From the NCBI RefSeq assembly GCF_963921235.1, contig NC_086118.1, forward strand, positions 27,902,001-27,966,000: 64,000 nucleotides of DNA, in the 5' to 3' direction. The notes beneath the pieces were generated by a model, which made no database searches, was not told the DNA's origin, and saw only the letters and a program-made list of their open reading frames with translations. How positions within the stretch are numbered: the first letter of the stretch is position 1; each line of letters starts with the position of its first letter. This stretch comes from Mobula hypostoma (lineage: Eukaryota). Below are positions 62,221 through 64,000 of the stretch, one piece after another. Both the position numbers and the translations under genes were made by a program.

Positions 62221-62759
62221 TGTGAATGGGGTAAAATAGTTTACTGCAAATTTGTATGAATACAGATGGAATTCTACAGTACATGCCCTTGTCCTCAGAC
62301 AACGCTGGTGAAATAAAATCTCCCAGATCAGTCAGCTCTCACATCTATTTTTAAATGCTGGATTTTCCTGGGGAATGCATTAATTTCATACAGAAACAGA
62401 AATGTCGTACAGATACTGATTGAAGTGATATCTTCACTAATCTCTCTCCCTCTACAGCAGAATCTTGTTCTTAAACTGGAGCATGTGGAATACAACGTTT
62501 TTTAACAACGTTATCAAACACTACATGAATTACTTTGCAGCATTGAGAATAGCATTGTTAAAGAGATTGTAGAAATTTTCACACAAATTTAAGGCTACGA
62601 GGTTCAGTTTAAACGTAAGACTGAAGAGTGGCAGTCACTGGAGACTGCATGTACTAGAATCTGGAGGAGTAACACAAGCAGCCGGACTCCTCAGCAGGCC
62701 AGGCAACATCTGCAGAGAGAAATGGACAGTTTAATTTAATCACGTAATCCCTGTATGAG

Positions 62760-62990
62760 ATGACACAGTGGCATAGTGTACCGATGTTACAGTGCCGATG
62801 ACACAGGTTCAGTTCCTGCCATTATCTGTAAGGAGTTTGCACGTTGTCCCCACAACCATGTGGGTTTCTTCCAGATGCTCCTGTTTCCTCCCACATTCTA
62901 AAGCAGGTTAATAGGACTCATCGGTGTAACTGAGTGATGCAGGCTCATTGGGCCAGAAGGGCATGCTGCTGTATCTCCAAATATTTAAAA
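62760..62990 (+). mobile_element. V-SINE (HE1-like)
   Basis: GGTTCAGTTCC B box; CTGTAAGGAGTTTGCACGTT...GTGGGTTTC...GTTTCCTCCCACATTC V-domain. Confidence 0.75.
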
Positions 62991-63065
62991 AAAGTAAAAT
63001 AGTAGTATTTCTGGCTTGAAACCCTTCAGCTGGACGGGAGGAAGCCAGTATAAGGAAGTGAGGTT

Positions 63066-63820
63066 GCAAACACAAGTGATTCTGTAGATGCTGGAAATCT
63101 TGAACAACACACACAAAAAACTGCAGGAACTCAGTAAGTCAAGCAGCATCCATGGAAGGGAATTCACAGTGGATGTTTCTATTCCCCACTCTCTTACCTC
63201 TTCTCTTCTCCTCACCTGTCCATCACCTCTGTCTGGGACCTCTCCTCCTTCCCTTTCTTCCATGATCATTTTCTTCAGCCCAGTACCTCTTCCACATATC
63301 CTTACCAGATCCTTACTTCATTCTCTCTCCCCCATCTACACACCTTCCTCCTGATCTGATCTCATCTGTCTACTGCCAGCTGATACTTCCCCCTATTCCC
63401 TCCCTCCCCTTCTTATTCTGACTTCAGCCCCCTTCCTTTCCAGTTCCGATGAAAGGGTCTTGGCCTGAAACGTCGACTGTACCTCTTCCTAGAGATGCTG
63501 CCTGGCCTGCTGTGTTCACCAGCAACTTTGATATGTGTGGCCTGAAACATCAACTGTTTCTTTCCTTCTGTGGATTCTGCCTGACTTGCTGAGTTCCTCC
63601 AGCATCATGTGTGTGTGTGTATGTGTGAGGAAGAGCAGTGATGGAGGATCCAAGGTGAGGAGGGGTTGATTGGCAGATGGATTCAGGTGAGGAAGGGTGG
63701 AAGTAGTGATGGAGGGTGGGAAGTGATAGTGGAGCCAACAAATTCTTGGAATCTGATAAGAAAGTAAGATGGATCATGAAATGATAGATGGAGGAGGACC
63801 GTGAAGATGGGAACAATGGA
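63066..63820. mobile_element. Cluster of Penelope-like pseudo-LTR repeats in both orientations
   Basis: Minus copy 63066-63178, plus copies 63179-63620, minus copy 63620-63820; contains the hammerhead motif. Confidence 0.75.
63441..63479 (+). ncRNA. Minimal type-I hammerhead ribozyme motif (Penelope-type)
   Basis: CAGTT-CCGATGA-AAGGG-TCTTGG-CCT-GAAAC-GTC-GACTG: stem I CAGTT/GACTG, core C(C)GATGA...GAAA, GUC cleavage triplet; one core substitution. Confidence 0.65.
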
Positions 63821-64000
63821 AAGAAGAGGCCCAGTGAGAGGAATGTGTAGGATATCAATTTTTTTTTACTAAGTGTTTTACTAAAACAAAGCAAGACCAT
63901 GCCAGGTAAGAAAACAGGTAAAAAAAATAAAGCAGAGAAGACTTTGCAAATACTGGTCTCTATAGAACTGATTGTCATTATCTTAATTTTCAAACTTATT

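Noticed and set aside
63550..63993. 147-aa hydrophobic ORF
   Set aside because: Largely overlaps CT-rich Penelope-like repeat; no recognisable domain.

Overview
Vertebrate, repeat-dominated DNA. The repeat families (CR1, Rex-Babar, HE1/V-SINE, Penelope-like pseudo-LTRs) suggest a cartilaginous fish, probably a ray; this is an inference. One host gene can be built by hand on the minus strand (about 36260-48345). It is a type-I membrane protein with a leader exon, one IgV exon, a Cys-rich stalk/TM exon and a separate cytoplasmic exon, and it most resembles CD7 with CD28/CTLA4-family IgV hallmarks. Two features stand out. The splice donor that should join the TM exon to the cytoplasmic exon is missing, so the TM exon reads into a stop (197 aa). 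The orphaned cytoplasmic exon carries NSVNEDI where CD7 has VYEDM. Together these suggest a tail-less, possibly decoy or pseudogenising receptor. A possible leader exon of a second minus-strand gene lies at 5168-5222. The rest is mobile DNA: four Gypsy elements (including a chromovirus nested in a Tc1 and a Gmr1-like element), two solo LTRs, a full-length RTE, an L1-clade copy with a twin-priming 5' inversion, many CR1 and Rex fragments, tRNA-SINEs, a fold-back hAT MITE carrying a captured Tc1 transposase fragment, minimal hammerhead motifs in Penelope-like repeats, and candidate HDV-like ribozymes in RTE-type 5' ends. No database search was run; family assignments come from motif recognition.
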